The position numbers and the translations under genes were made by a program. Shown in pieces: positions 39,463 to 49,404 of a stretch of DNA of 64,000 bases. The DNA lies in contig OY787533.1 in the NCBI GenBank assembly GCA_963678925.1, positions 994,174 through 1,058,173 of the forward strand, written 5' to 3'. The stretch comes from an uncultured Acidaminobacter sp. (GTDB lineage: Bacteria > Bacillota > Clostridia > Peptostreptococcales > Acidaminobacteraceae). Below the pieces are notes generated by a model that was not told the DNA's origin, did not search any database, and was given only the letters and a program-made list of their open reading frames with translations. The first letter of the stretch is position 1. The number at the start of each line of letters is the position of its first letter.

Positions 39463-41133
39463 TTAGAACAAACCAACAATTTCTCCATCTTCGAGAATAT
39501 CAATCTTGTTTGCAGCTGGAACCTTTGGCAGACCAGGCATACGCATGATGTCGCCTGTCATTGCAATCAGGAATCCAGCACCTGCTGATGCCTTCACTTC
39601 ACTGATGTTTACAGTAAAGCCACTTGGACGACCAAGCAGTGCAGGGTTGTCAGACAGTGAGTACTGTGTCTTTGCCATACAAATTGGCAGATCACCCAGT
39701 CCGTCTTCCTCGAACTTCTTGATATCCTTAAGTGCCTTGCTTGAGAATTTCACACCATCAGCACCGTAGATTTCCTTAGCGATTTTCTCGATTTTTTCCT
39801 TTGCAGGAAGCTCAAGATCATAAAGTGGAGAGAAGTGTGCCTTGCCAGACTCTGCAACCTCGATTACCTTCTCAGCAAGCTTCACGCCGCCTTCTCCGCC
39901 TTTAGCCCAAACTTCAGAAAGAACTGCATCCGCACCCATTTCACGACAACGATCTTCAACAAAAGTAAGCTCTTTGTCTGTATCTGTTGGGAATGCGTTG
40001 ATTGCAACAACCGCAGGTACACCGAACTTCTGAACGTTTTCGATTTGCTTTTCCAGGTTGCCGAAACCAGCTGCAAGTGCTTCCATGTTTTCTTCACCAA
40101 GCTTGTCCTTCTTAACACCGCCGTGGTTCTTAAGCGCTCGTACTGTTGCTACGATAACAACCGCTGCAGGCTTAAGGTCCGCATAACGACACTTGATGTT
40201 GAAGAATTTCTCAGCGCCAAGATCTGCGCCGAATCCAGCCTCTGTTACGACATAATCAGCAAGTTTCATTGCCAGTTTTGTTGCAACAACTGAGTTACAG
40301 CCATGCGCGATATTCGCGAACGGACCGCCGTGAATCAGTGCTGGTGTATTTTCAAGTGTCTGTACAAGGTTAGGCATCAGGGCATCTTTAAGAAGAAGTG
40401 CCATTGCGCCAACCGCATCCAGCTCACCAGCCGTAACCGGCTTCTTGTCATATGTGTATCCAACAACCATTCGGCTCAGTCTAGCCTTCAGGTCTTGCAT
40501 ATCTGTCGCAAGGCAAAGGATTGCCATGATTTCTGATGCAACAGCTATATCAAATCCATCAACACGTGTCACACCATTGCCTTTTTTACCAAGACCAATT
40601 GTGATTTCACGAAGCGAACGGTCATTCATATCGATTGCACGTCTCCAAAGAATACGCTTTGGATCGATGTTCAGCTTGTTTCCTTGGTGCAGATGATTGT
40701 CAAGAAGTGCTGCAAGAAGATTGTTTGCAGTTGTCACGGCGTGGATATCGCCTGTAAAGTGCAGGTTGATATCATCCATAGGAACAACTTGTGCGTGACC
40801 GCCGCCAGCTGCACCGCCCTTAACACCAAAGCATGGTCCAAGAGATGGCTCGCGAAGTGCTGTAAATGTCTTCTTGCCAATCTTGTTAAGACCCATTGAA
40901 AGACCAACGTTTGTTGTCGTCTTGCCTTCACCTGCAGCAGTCGGATTGATTGCTGTAACCAGAATCAGTTTTGCATCAGGTGCATCTTTATAACGGTCCA
41001 TGACATCTAGATGGATTTTCGCTTTATACTTCCCGTAAAGCTCCAGATCATCCTCAGACAGTCCTAGATTTGCTGCAATCTCCACGATTGGCTGCATCTT
41101 TGCTTCCTGTGCAATTTGAACATCAGTTTTCAT
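39463..41133 (-). CDS. fhs: Formate--tetrahydrofolate ligase
   Basis: 556 aa. [16 protein letters not shown]-loop, full-length FTHFS. Confidence 0.97.
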   Translation of the reverse strand: MKTDVQIAQEAKMQPIVEIAANLGLSEDDLELYGKYKAKIHLDVMDRYKDAPDAKLILVTAINPTAAGEGKTTTNVGLSMGLNKIGKKTFTALREPSLGPCFGVKGGAAGGGHAQVVPMDDINLHFTGDIHAVTTANNLLAALLDNHLHQGNKLNIDPKRILWRRAIDMNDRSLREITIGLGKKGNGVTRVDGFDIAVASEIMAILCLATDMQDLKARLSRMVVGYTYDKKPVTAGELDAVGAMALLLKDALMPNLVQTLENTPALIHGGPFANIAHGCNSVVATKLAMKLADYVVTEAGFGADLGAEKFFNIKCRYADLKPAAVVIVATVRALKNHGGVKKDKLGEENMEALAAGFGNLEKQIENVQKFGVPAVVAINAFPTDTDKELTFVEDRCREMGADAVLSEVWAKGGEGGVKLAEKVIEVAESGKAHFSPLYDLELPAKEKIEKIAKEIYGADGVKFSSKALKDIKKFEEDGLGDLPICMAKTQYSLSDNPALLGRPSGFTVNISEVKASAGAGFLIAMTGDIMRMPGLPKVPAANKIDILEDGEIVGLF

Positions 41134-41375
41134 TACAGTAGTTCCTCCTTTTTACTTCGTTCTCCTAATTATCCTAACCCGCAGTCACTTTAGTTACCTA
41201 TGCTCAAATAAATAAAGCGTGCATTAATTCGGGCACTTTCACAGTTTTGAGTATATAGTCAAACCGACTATCAATCGTCAAACTGCGTTTTACCCGTAAA
41301 CTGCCCGAATTAATTTATTAAAAGAACGCGCTTTCCTAATGCGAGTCCCTTTAATTATGATTAACAGGGCACGGT

Positions 41376-42308
41376 CTAGTCTTCCATCAGGTGTGTTTCC
41401 ATGATTGAGGATACATTGAAGTTTTCAAGGCCGAGGAAATACTCAAGAGAGTTCAGCAGATATTCCAGCTTGACTGGTCCAACTATTTCAGACCCTGTCA
41501 CAGCAACGCCATATCGTGCCGCTTCAGACTTTACAAAATTGAAGGTCCTGTACAGAGGCGTCTTGCCGCAGTCGAACATGTTCATTGATACGACAACCCC
41601 TTCGTGGTCTGGGAACTTGAGTCCAACAGAACGCACTGTTGAGAATCCGCCCGACGGACCACGAACCGCCTTCGCAATTTTCTTGGCAATGGACAGATCT
41701 TCCGTTGCCAGGAATACATTGTAAGCAGTCAGACCTTCCATATCTGCACTGACAATCGTTGCACCCATTTTAGGGTCCAGCTTGCCATCTTTTGAAATAT
41801 CAGGCTTTCGCGCATCACGGTCTGGATGATTTTCATCTTCCAGGAGCGCCTTCAGACCTTCATATTGTCCTTTTCTTATGTATCCAAGCGCCTTGCGCTC
41901 TTCACTTCTTGAGTTGACGCCTGAGAAGAAAATTGGTACATTGTGCTTCTCATGAAGTTCTGCGCCAATTTCTTCTGCCAGTGCCTTTACCTCATCAATA
42001 TCGATATTCTTGAACGGGAACAGCGGAATCGTATCCTGTCCACCAATTCGAGGATGCGCACCTTCCTGGTCTCGCATATCTATAAGCTCATAGGATTTCG
42101 CAGCCATGGCCATCATAGCCTTTTTCAAAGGACCGGGTTCACCGATACAGGTAATGACGGTTCTGTTGAAATCATGTTCCGGCTCATAACTGATCAGCTT
42201 GACACCTTCAACTTTTCTAACCTCGTCAACAATTGCTTCAATGACGTCCTTGTTTCGTCCGTCACTGAAATTTGGAACTGCAAGTATGTATTTCTTGCCA
42301 CCTGACAT
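41376..42308 (-). CDS. Formiminotransferase (FTCD N-terminal type; glutamate/glycine formimidoyltransferase)
   Basis: 310 aa. ILAVPNFSDGRNKDVIEAIVDEV and a two-subdomain FT architecture. No fused cyclodeaminase domain. Confidence 0.88.
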   Translation of the reverse strand: MSGGKKYILAVPNFSDGRNKDVIEAIVDEVRKVEGVKLISYEPEHDFNRTVITCIGEPGPLKKAMMAMAAKSYELIDMRDQEGAHPRIGGQDTIPLFPFKNIDIDEVKALAEEIGAELHEKHNVPIFFSGVNSRSEERKALGYIRKGQYEGLKALLEDENHPDRDARKPDISKDGKLDPKMGATIVSADMEGLTAYNVFLATEDLSIAKKIAKAVRGPSGGFSTVRSVGLKFPDHEGVVVSMNMFDCGKTPLYRTFNFVKSEAARYGVAVTGSEIVGPVKLEYLLNSLEYFLGLENFNVSSIMETHLMED

Positions 42309-42762
42309 GATTTGACCTCCCTTTATTTTACCATCTTTTTATGCACTTTCACCAAATAAGTATCCACCTTGGCACAATACCCCTCAACGCTTTGCCCTAA
42401 ACGGGTATTCACTCTGCCGCATCTTAGCCCTTTTACAAGGTCCATTGTCTATTTTTGATAAAGCGAGCGAATATTTTGAATATTCAACGCGAAAAGTTTG
42501 TTTCATTTTGATAAGGGTCAAAATAGGTTTTTTTTGAGAAAATGGTTATAACACAAAGCTATTGAGTACATAATATAGTGAATCATTCATTTCGATAATG
42601 TTAAAACTCAACAAAGATTCGCATAAGTGTTTGTTTTTTAAAAAAATTCTAAATACTTCTAATTATTAGAAAACACGTTCCACTTGCAGTGTCATTACCA
42701 ATTCACCACGTATTTTCACACGCATATGCGCAAGAACAACTCAAGGAAAGGGGTTAATTATA

Positions 42763-43452
42763 TTGAAGCTTATTGACCTGTCACAGGAGATTTTTCAGGG
42801 AATGTCTGTATTTCCAATGCATCAGCCTACTTTTATAATGACCAACATGACACACGAGGAAAATATGAAGCAAACAGGGTCTACTAAGTTGGGCTTTTCG
42901 GCTCGAAATCTGCTTATAAGCGAGCACGGCGGAACACATAGCGATGGCGTCTGGGAGTACAAGCCATCGGGTCAGACCATTGATAAAATGCCCATGGAAT
43001 ACTTCTGGGGCAGTGCCATTTGTGTTGATTTGACAGCTATTCCCACAAATAGATACATAGAACCTCGCGATTTGGAGCAGGCAGTCAGGAAATCAGGACA
43101 GGAAATTCGTGAGGGCGACATTTTCCTAATGTATACGGGCCACTACGATAGAAATTTTGGAACAGACAAGTGGCAGACTGAATATACGGGCCTTTCCTAC
43201 AAAGCTGCAAAATGGCTGGCCGAAAAAGGGGTTGTCAACATTGGTGTAGATGCTCCAGCCATCGACCATCCAAGTGACCCGGATTTTTCTGGGCATATCA
43301 TCTGCGGTGAGTACGATATTACAAACACAGAAAACCTGTGCTGTCTTGACAAGGTAGTCAACAAAAGATTCCTATATTTTGGACTGCCTTTGAAAATTCG
43401 AGATGGTTCCGGATCTCCAATTCGTGCTGTAGCCCTTCTTGATGAGGCCTAA
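42763..43452 (+). CDS. Cyclase-family metal hydrolase (kynurenine-formamidase-like)
   Basis: 229 aa. TTG start 9 nt after AAGGAAAGGGG. HGGTHSD motif. Divergent from the purine cluster promoter region. Confidence 0.75.
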   Translation: MKLIDLSQEIFQGMSVFPMHQPTFIMTNMTHEENMKQTGSTKLGFSARNLLISEHGGTHSDGVWEYKPSGQTIDKMPMEYFWGSAICVDLTAIPTNRYIEPRDLEQAVRKSGQEIREGDIFLMYTGHYDRNFGTDKWQTEYTGLSYKAAKWLAEKGVVNIGVDAPAIDHPSDPDFSGHIICGEYDITNTENLCCLDKVVNKRFLYFGLPLKIRDGSGSPIRAVALLDEA

Positions 43453-43500
43453 AATAAGGGAAATTGATTTCCTGATCAAAACAATTCGATAAAAATAGTA

Positions 43501-43539
43501 AAAAAATCGACAAACTTCTACATTTGTCGATTTTTTTTG
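43501..43539 (+). terminator. Intrinsic terminator after the cyclase gene
   Basis: ATCGACAAA...TTTGTCGAT followed by TTTTTTT. Confidence 0.8.
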
Positions 43540-43915
43540 AAATAAATTGAAAATTTCACGCTTGCGCATGATATAATTATTGGGTATTATGACCTAAAGA
43601 ATATTCATTATTATACATATTCTGACATATCATTCAAATGTATTTCATTTCCTATCCATCTGTTGTCATTCCAGTTTTTCGGACTGGATTAAATTTTCAG
43701 AATCTTTTGCGCTTGTATCGATTATCAATTGGTATTCATTTTGAGTTGAGTTTGACAGCCCCAGTTCTTCCATTGAAATTTACAGATAAGGACACTGTAT
43801 GAAGTGACCTTAGTCTCTAGTATGGGCCACACATTTTTTGTAAATTTAAAGTGGGACACTTTATAACAAAGCTGTTTATTAAAAACATTCATTTAGAGTA
43901 TTTGGGGGTCATCCA

Positions 43916-45499
43916 GTGATTATTTTTGAAAATGAAAAACTGAAAATTTCAACTCATAATGAAGAGGTTTATCTTACTGTGAATGGCTATGGTATTACAA
44001 CAATGGACTTTAACGGCATTTTAAGCACATTGCCGCAAATAAAGCTCAGCTCTTTCACAGTGCTTCAGGGCGCACTTCAGAATGCTGACAGCACGCCTGT
44101 GAAAATCGGTTCACTCAAGCCTGAAATAGAACTCGAAATCTCTTCTGATGAAATGTCCGCTTTTGTGCGTGTCAACTTCTCTCAAGACAAGTGCCATGCC
44201 ATGAAAACTGAGATTTCAACAAAAATCCTAAACCTGCTGCACGAAAGCGGTATAAGTGAGGGTATTCTCTCAGAAGCACTGGAATCCGGTTTCAAGCCCG
44301 GACAAAAGCTTCTGGTTGCAAGGGGCAAGCACCCGACTGCAGGACAGGATGCCAAATACAGATACTATAAGCTTTCTGAGCGTAATCCCGAGCTTGATAC
44401 AAGCGGAAAAACGGACCACTATGAACTCAATTTGATTGATAACGTTAAAAAGTATGATTGGCTTGGTGAGAAAAGACCACCTGTACCCGGCACAAGCGGC
44501 TATACGGTATACGGACGTGCCTTGCCTCCAAAATTAGGGCGTGACTATTCCCTCAAATATGATAAGGGGGCCATTGATCTGATTGTTGAAGATGGCATTG
44601 AGGTACTTCGGGCAAAACATGACGGTGCCGTCAGATTTAAAGACGGAAAAATCACCGTCGACAACCACCTGCACATCCATGGCGACGTTGACTTTTCTAC
44701 AGGAAATATCAAGTTTGATGGCTTTGTGACAATTGAGGGAACCGTCAAAGATAAGTTCTACGTTGAAGCCACCAAGGATATTGAAATCAAGGGTGCAAAC
44801 GGAGTAGGCGCAGTTGCCCGCATTGAATCTCAGGACGGCAGCATCTACATACGCGGAGGGATTAACGGAAAAAACGAGGCAATGATCATTGCAAAAACGG
44901 ATATTTTCGCAAAGTTCTCCAACGAGGCGATCCTGCTCGCAGGCAATACAATCCACATCGGTCTTTACGCCATTGACAGCACACTGAAAGCCGACTGTAT
45001 TAATCTCGACCCTCAGAAGGGCCGAATCATTGGCGGTGAAATTCATGCAGCCCACAAAATCAGCTCCGGTTCGATTGGAAATGCCCAAGAGCGTAAAACA
45101 AAGCTCAACGTACAGGGCTTTGAGCGCCTTGATATCAAGACGCAGCTCGAAGCAACACGTATTCGCTTTCAGGAGATTATTTCAAAGGCAAATCATCTGA
45201 AGCGCCAGCTCGAGATCTTTGAGATGAATTTCGAGACCCTTGATCCGAAAGCTAAAACCACCTACAAAGGCATGATGGTAAACTATGAAAATATCATCGA
45301 TGATATCAACCGAACAAATAAGGAAGTCGTAAGGCTTGAAAACATGCTCCGCACACGCGGCGAAGGCGAGGTCAAGGTCATGAACAACATCTTTCCGAGA
45401 ACATTCCTTGAAATCAAGTCCATTCAGAAGCATGTCAACAAACTTATGAAGGGTTCCTTTTACGTTAAAGACCGGCAGCTTCATACTGCCTTAGATTGA
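43916..45499 (+). CDS. FapA/DUF342-family protein
   Basis: 527 aa, GTG start. N-terminal MIIFENEKLKIS...EVYLTV. Central beta-helix-like repeats (HIHGDVDFSTGNIKFDGFVTIEGTV...) and a C-terminal coiled coil are typical of DUF342. Confidence 0.75.
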   Translation: MIIFENEKLKISTHNEEVYLTVNGYGITTMDFNGILSTLPQIKLSSFTVLQGALQNADSTPVKIGSLKPEIELEISSDEMSAFVRVNFSQDKCHAMKTEISTKILNLLHESGISEGILSEALESGFKPGQKLLVARGKHPTAGQDAKYRYYKLSERNPELDTSGKTDHYELNLIDNVKKYDWLGEKRPPVPGTSGYTVYGRALPPKLGRDYSLKYDKGAIDLIVEDGIEVLRAKHDGAVRFKDGKITVDNHLHIHGDVDFSTGNIKFDGFVTIEGTVKDKFYVEATKDIEIKGANGVGAVARIESQDGSIYIRGGINGKNEAMIIAKTDIFAKFSNEAILLAGNTIHIGLYAIDSTLKADCINLDPQKGRIIGGEIHAAHKISSGSIGNAQERKTKLNVQGFERLDIKTQLEATRIRFQEIISKANHLKRQLEIFEMNFETLDPKAKTTYKGMMVNYENIIDDINRTNKEVVRLENMLRTRGEGEVKVMNNIFPRTFLEIKSIQKHVNKLMKGSFYVKDRQLHTALD

Positions 45500-47358
45500 G
45501 CGGAAGGTGTTGTAAATTGTTAATTGACATGCAAAATCCTTACGAAGCATTACTGCGGTCCATTGAGTTCTTTTCGCAGAATCTCCACATTGACCAGATT
45601 ACACAATATGGATTTGAACTCTTCAAGGATCTGATCGATCCAAAGCAAGCTGTACTCTACATGCTTTCAGATGAAGTTTTCCATCCTGTATACGCCCATA
45701 ACTACAAGGAATCGCTTCCCGACATAACCTGCTGCAGCAAACATAGTGACTTTGCTATCTACAATGGTTTTATACTCGATAATAAGACCGTCATGAAAAA
45801 ATATTTTGAAGGTGACTTTCTAGACAGGCTGAACGTGGCATATATAATGCCCCTCATTTCCGGAAACCGACTCATCGGTTTCATTCTCTTCAACCGAAAA
45901 GAGGATCCGAGTCAACTGGATTTCACTTTTATGATACAGTTCAATCATTTGATGAATTTCTCGATTGAAAAAGCTTTGAAGTTTGAAGAACATACACGAA
46001 TGAAAAGTGAAATCACCAAACGTCTTTTCAGCCTTTCTTCCTTGTCTCATACGACAATGCTGCTCATGTCGGAACTTGAAAAATCGAAAATCCACCAGAT
46101 TTGCATTGATGTTATCCGCGAAATGACATCGAGTTCTGTCACTGCAATTTTCACGCAGGATACAGTCACTGGCCACCTTGCAACACGCGTTTACAAGGAC
46201 ATTGTTCATTTCGAAAAGAAACATCTGAGTTTAATCCTTACCAAGCCGGATACAACTCCATCCCGTATGGTATATCACGTTAAGCGTGACCGGAAGAAAC
46301 TCTCACTAATTTTTGAAAACGCTGAAATTCTTGACACCTACCCGTCTGAATATCTTATTTTGCTGGCCGGGCCTTCCATTTCAGGATGTATAACCATTGC
46401 AGCTCCCGTCGGGCCTGTAAGCTATGATGATACACTTCTGGAGCAACTCAGTATCGTCGCAGGCATTGCCCAGCTCGCCCTGACCAATGCCGAGCAGTTT
46501 GATGAGATCCATATGCGAAAGGAGTCTTTCAAGCTTCAGAACCAGCAGCTTCGAAAACTCAATAAGGCTGTTCGAACCATCAACTCTTCTGAAACACTTG
46601 AGGAGCTTTGTGAGAGCACCTTGAACACGTTGCAGTTTACCTTTGGCATTGAGACAGCATTCCTTGCCCTTCGATCATCAGATACGCTCGGCTTAGCAGA
46701 TTACAGAGTGACTGCATCAATTGGGCTGGACGACGCTATCTCTTCGGCCCCCTATTCCGCTTGCTTCACTAACGCACTTGATGGAAGCAGCATCCACAGC
46801 TATACAGCCTGTGACTTGGGTGTCTATCTGCAGCCTGACCTGGTTCAAAATATCACAGACTCCAACTGTCTGATCATAGCACCAATCACTACCTCGTCCT
46901 GGTCCTTTGATCCAGAAGGGTATCTTGTCCTGCTCAAACAGAACAGGGCCCTCACAGAAGAACAGTGCATTCTTGTAGAAAGTCTTTGCAACAGCATTGC
47001 GCCTGCAATTATGCAGCTTAAGCAACTTTCACAGCTTGGCGAAACGCACATACCTTGCCCTGAAAAGAAACTCCGAGCCCTATTTGATACCTATGAAAAT
47101 GACAAAACTGAGTTCGGTATTGACTATAGGGTGTCCATGAAACGAATGCCACACACGCCATTTACACAAATGGACTACACCCCTTTTAAAGCCTATGATT
47201 TTGTTCATCTTCATGACATTCTGATTGTATACGCTCAAACAGACACGTCTGATTTATCTATGGACATTCATCTTATGCCCACCAGTTTTGAAGAAATCAT
47301 AGACCAAGTTCAGAAATACGACATACCCGAAGTCAGACAATCTGTCTCATGTTCCTAG
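45496..47358 (+). CDS. Hypothetical protein with about three GAF-like modules
   Basis: 620 aa, coupled to FapA (TTGA overlap). Alternative start at MQNPYE (45529). Segments such as YIMPLISGNRLIGFILFNRKE and CLIIAPIT...GYLVLLKQNRALTEEQ resemble GAF cores. No recognisable output domain. Confidence 0.45.
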   Translation: MSGRCCKLLIDMQNPYEALLRSIEFFSQNLHIDQITQYGFELFKDLIDPKQAVLYMLSDEVFHPVYAHNYKESLPDITCCSKHSDFAIYNGFILDNKTVMKKYFEGDFLDRLNVAYIMPLISGNRLIGFILFNRKEDPSQLDFTFMIQFNHLMNFSIEKALKFEEHTRMKSEITKRLFSLSSLSHTTMLLMSELEKSKIHQICIDVIREMTSSSVTAIFTQDTVTGHLATRVYKDIVHFEKKHLSLILTKPDTTPSRMVYHVKRDRKKLSLIFENAEILDTYPSEYLILLAGPSISGCITIAAPVGPVSYDDTLLEQLSIVAGIAQLALTNAEQFDEIHMRKESFKLQNQQLRKLNKAVRTINSSETLEELCESTLNTLQFTFGIETAFLALRSSDTLGLADYRVTASIGLDDAISSAPYSACFTNALDGSSIHSYTACDLGVYLQPDLVQNITDSNCLIIAPITTSSWSFDPEGYLVLLKQNRALTEEQCILVESLCNSIAPAIMQLKQLSQLGETHIPCPEKKLRALFDTYENDKTEFGIDYRVSMKRMPHTPFTQMDYTPFKAYDFVHLHDILIVYAQTDTSDLSMDIHLMPTSFEEIIDQVQKYDIPEVRQSVSCS

Positions 47359-47445
47359 GCAAAAAGGACGAACACGCCTCATATGCAATCGGGTTGCGAG
47401 ACAGTCAGAGCAGTTCTGCTTCCTGGTTCAATTCTATTTGCACTA

Positions 47446-47480
47446 TAAAAAAAGCGATGCTGTTTGGCATCGCTTTTTCT
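47446..47480. terminator. Bidirectional terminator between convergent genes
   Basis: AAAAAAAGCGATGC-TGTTTG-GCATCGCTTTTT. Confidence 0.8.
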
Positions 47481-47489
47481 TTGACATTA

Positions 47490-48983
47490 TTATGCAATTG
47501 CATCTTCAACGGACTGATAGCTTTCAGCCTTCGATTTCTTTTTCAGTCTTACATCAGGTTCACTTGGCAGCTTGAATAGGGGGATAAACCTATCGAGTCC
47601 AGTCAAAGTGAGAATTAGAATCGAGCCAACTGCAATCATTGCTGTAAAGTTGTATTTTATTAATGTCATCGGAGTAAATGTATATAATGGATAAACCATA
47701 CTTGCAATACCCACATAGAAAGCAATATATACATGCCATGGAATCAGCTGAGAGCCGAATACGCCAAGCGCATCACCAAAAGTGGCATTTCTCAGACGAA
47801 GCGTGTACAGGTCTTCTTCACTGCCTTCAACATTATCGTCAAGCAATTCTTTAATCATAGGGCCAATTGTTACAATTTGTGCCATTTCGTCTGCGAGAGC
47901 TGCATTGCCGAGAATAGACAATGTGCCGTTCCAGAACATCAGCTGGCGTACATTTTGCGAAATCCTTGCGATACCTCTTGATAGGGGCGCAAACGCTTTC
48001 ATCGTACCCATAATACCGCCAAAGGCGCCTACCCACATCATCATGACAATTACCCAAGAACCCGCACCTTCAAATCCTGCTGAAATGAGACCCAGGAATG
48101 ACGAAACACTTTCTACAGTTCCTGCTGCAAGGCCGAAAACCAAAGATGATATAATGCCAAGACCCAGACATGCGACTGTCGGAACACCTTTAACCGCAAC
48201 AATCAATACAAGAATCAGTGGAATGATCATAAACATTGGTACACCATTTTGTACTTGTACAAGAAGCTCTACGGCTGATGCTCTGGCTTCGCCCAGCTTC
48301 ACCCAAACGTCTTGCGGTATTTGGTCAATGGCTTCTACAGCGCTTCCAACTTCTGTTGGCAAACCCATAGCTATACTCACAGCAAAGAAGACAACTGAAG
48401 CTGTAATCAGACATAAAATCGACCATACGCCTTGATGACGAATACGTTTTATGACCTCAACACGCTGAATACCCGAGCTTACGACTGTAGTATCTGAAAT
48501 AAGTCCTATGTTGTCGCCAAAACATGCACCACCTGCAATTGCAGCCGTTGTCAGTGCAACATCACCGCCAACAATGTGGTTTAGCCATAAGAATACCGGT
48601 GCACAGGCAGCAAATGTTCCCCACGAAGTTCCCGTTGCCACTGATAGAACAGATGTCACCAGCAGGCCTGTCACTGCCACAGTACGTGCTGTCAGACCAA
48701 GTTTGAGTGCCATGATAACGATTGACGCACCTACACCTGTAGACATGAAGCACTCCGCCATTGCATAGGCAAGCATAAGAATAAAAAATACGAGCTGCAT
48801 TTCTTTTACATTGTCAACAGCTGCATCAAGCAGTCTGTTAAACGTCAGTTTTTCTGTGAACATTGCCACAAGCGCAGCGTATAGTGTAGCAATTGGCGCA
48901 GCAAGCAATGCATCCATACCAGAAATCATTAAACCTGCCATTAAGAAGATCGGTGTTAATTTAATTATTGATATCATGATCAT
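47490..48983 (-). CDS. NhaC-family Na+/H+ antiporter-like transporter
   Basis: 497-aa polytopic protein. The N-terminal region and overall pattern resemble NhaC/C4-carboxylate antiporter family members. Confidence 0.7.
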   Translation of the reverse strand: MIMISIIKLTPIFLMAGLMISGMDALLAAPIATLYAALVAMFTEKLTFNRLLDAAVDNVKEMQLVFFILMLAYAMAECFMSTGVGASIVIMALKLGLTARTVAVTGLLVTSVLSVATGTSWGTFAACAPVFLWLNHIVGGDVALTTAAIAGGACFGDNIGLISDTTVVSSGIQRVEVIKRIRHQGVWSILCLITASVVFFAVSIAMGLPTEVGSAVEAIDQIPQDVWVKLGEARASAVELLVQVQNGVPMFMIIPLILVLIVAVKGVPTVACLGLGIISSLVFGLAAGTVESVSSFLGLISAGFEGAGSWVIVMMMWVGAFGGIMGTMKAFAPLSRGIARISQNVRQLMFWNGTLSILGNAALADEMAQIVTIGPMIKELLDDNVEGSEEDLYTLRLRNATFGDALGVFGSQLIPWHVYIAFYVGIASMVYPLYTFTPMTLIKYNFTAMIAVGSILILTLTGLDRFIPLFKLPSEPDVRLKKKSKAESYQSVEDAIA

Positions 48984-49343
48984 ACTCCCCTTTTGAATAT
49001 GCCTTTAGTTCAGTTCAGTACTCTACTTCTGCTTAAGCACCTTGATTATAGCAGAGATATTTTGCCAGTCAAAGATATTTTTTTCACAATTTCGAACTTT
49101 TTTTAATTCACTTAGAAAAATACAAGAAGATGCCTAAAAATACTGAAAACACAATTGCTTGAGTATTTTCAATTATGTGATAGTTTATAATTTTACCTGT
49201 ATATTCATTAGTTTTCCAGATGTATTTTCTTGATTTTTTGCGTATTTCGTCAATTTATTAACATATTTTAACCTGTAAATTTTCTACCTTGATGCCTTTA
49301 CATCATAAGCATCTATACATCTCTTCAGGCAAAAACGGATATA

Positions 49344-49376
49344 TAAAAAGACCTTGGCATGAAATTGCCAAGGTCT
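49344..49376 (-). terminator. Terminator after the sensor kinase gene
   Basis: Minus strand: GACCUUGGCA-AUUUCA-UGCCAAGGUC followed by UUUUU. Confidence 0.75.
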
Positions 49377-49404
49377 GAGTCCTTGCTATGCTTATATGCC
49401 GATA

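Noticed and set aside
41134-41375. A ZTP (pfl-motif) or THF riboswitch upstream of fhs.
   Set aside because: fhs is a common ZTP-riboswitch target, but the leader lacks the conserved GGGUCGUGACUGGCG and CCGCCUGGGCA blocks. Only a loose GUGACUGCGGG is present. No THF-riboswitch consensus is recognisable either.
23590-43452. An alternative reading of the cluster as a nicotinate fermentation locus, based on the NdhFSLM-like enzyme, the nicotinamidase-like hydrolase and the enamidase-like amidohydrolase.
   Set aside because: - Two adenine-deaminase paralogs, an AzgA-type purine permease, a formiminotransferase and formate-THF ligase fit purine breakdown.
- The signature nicotinate-pathway genes are absent: 6-hydroxynicotinate reductase, 2-methyleneglutarate mutase, methylitaconate isomerase and dimethylmalate lyase.
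- The substrate of the molybdoenzyme remains unproven.
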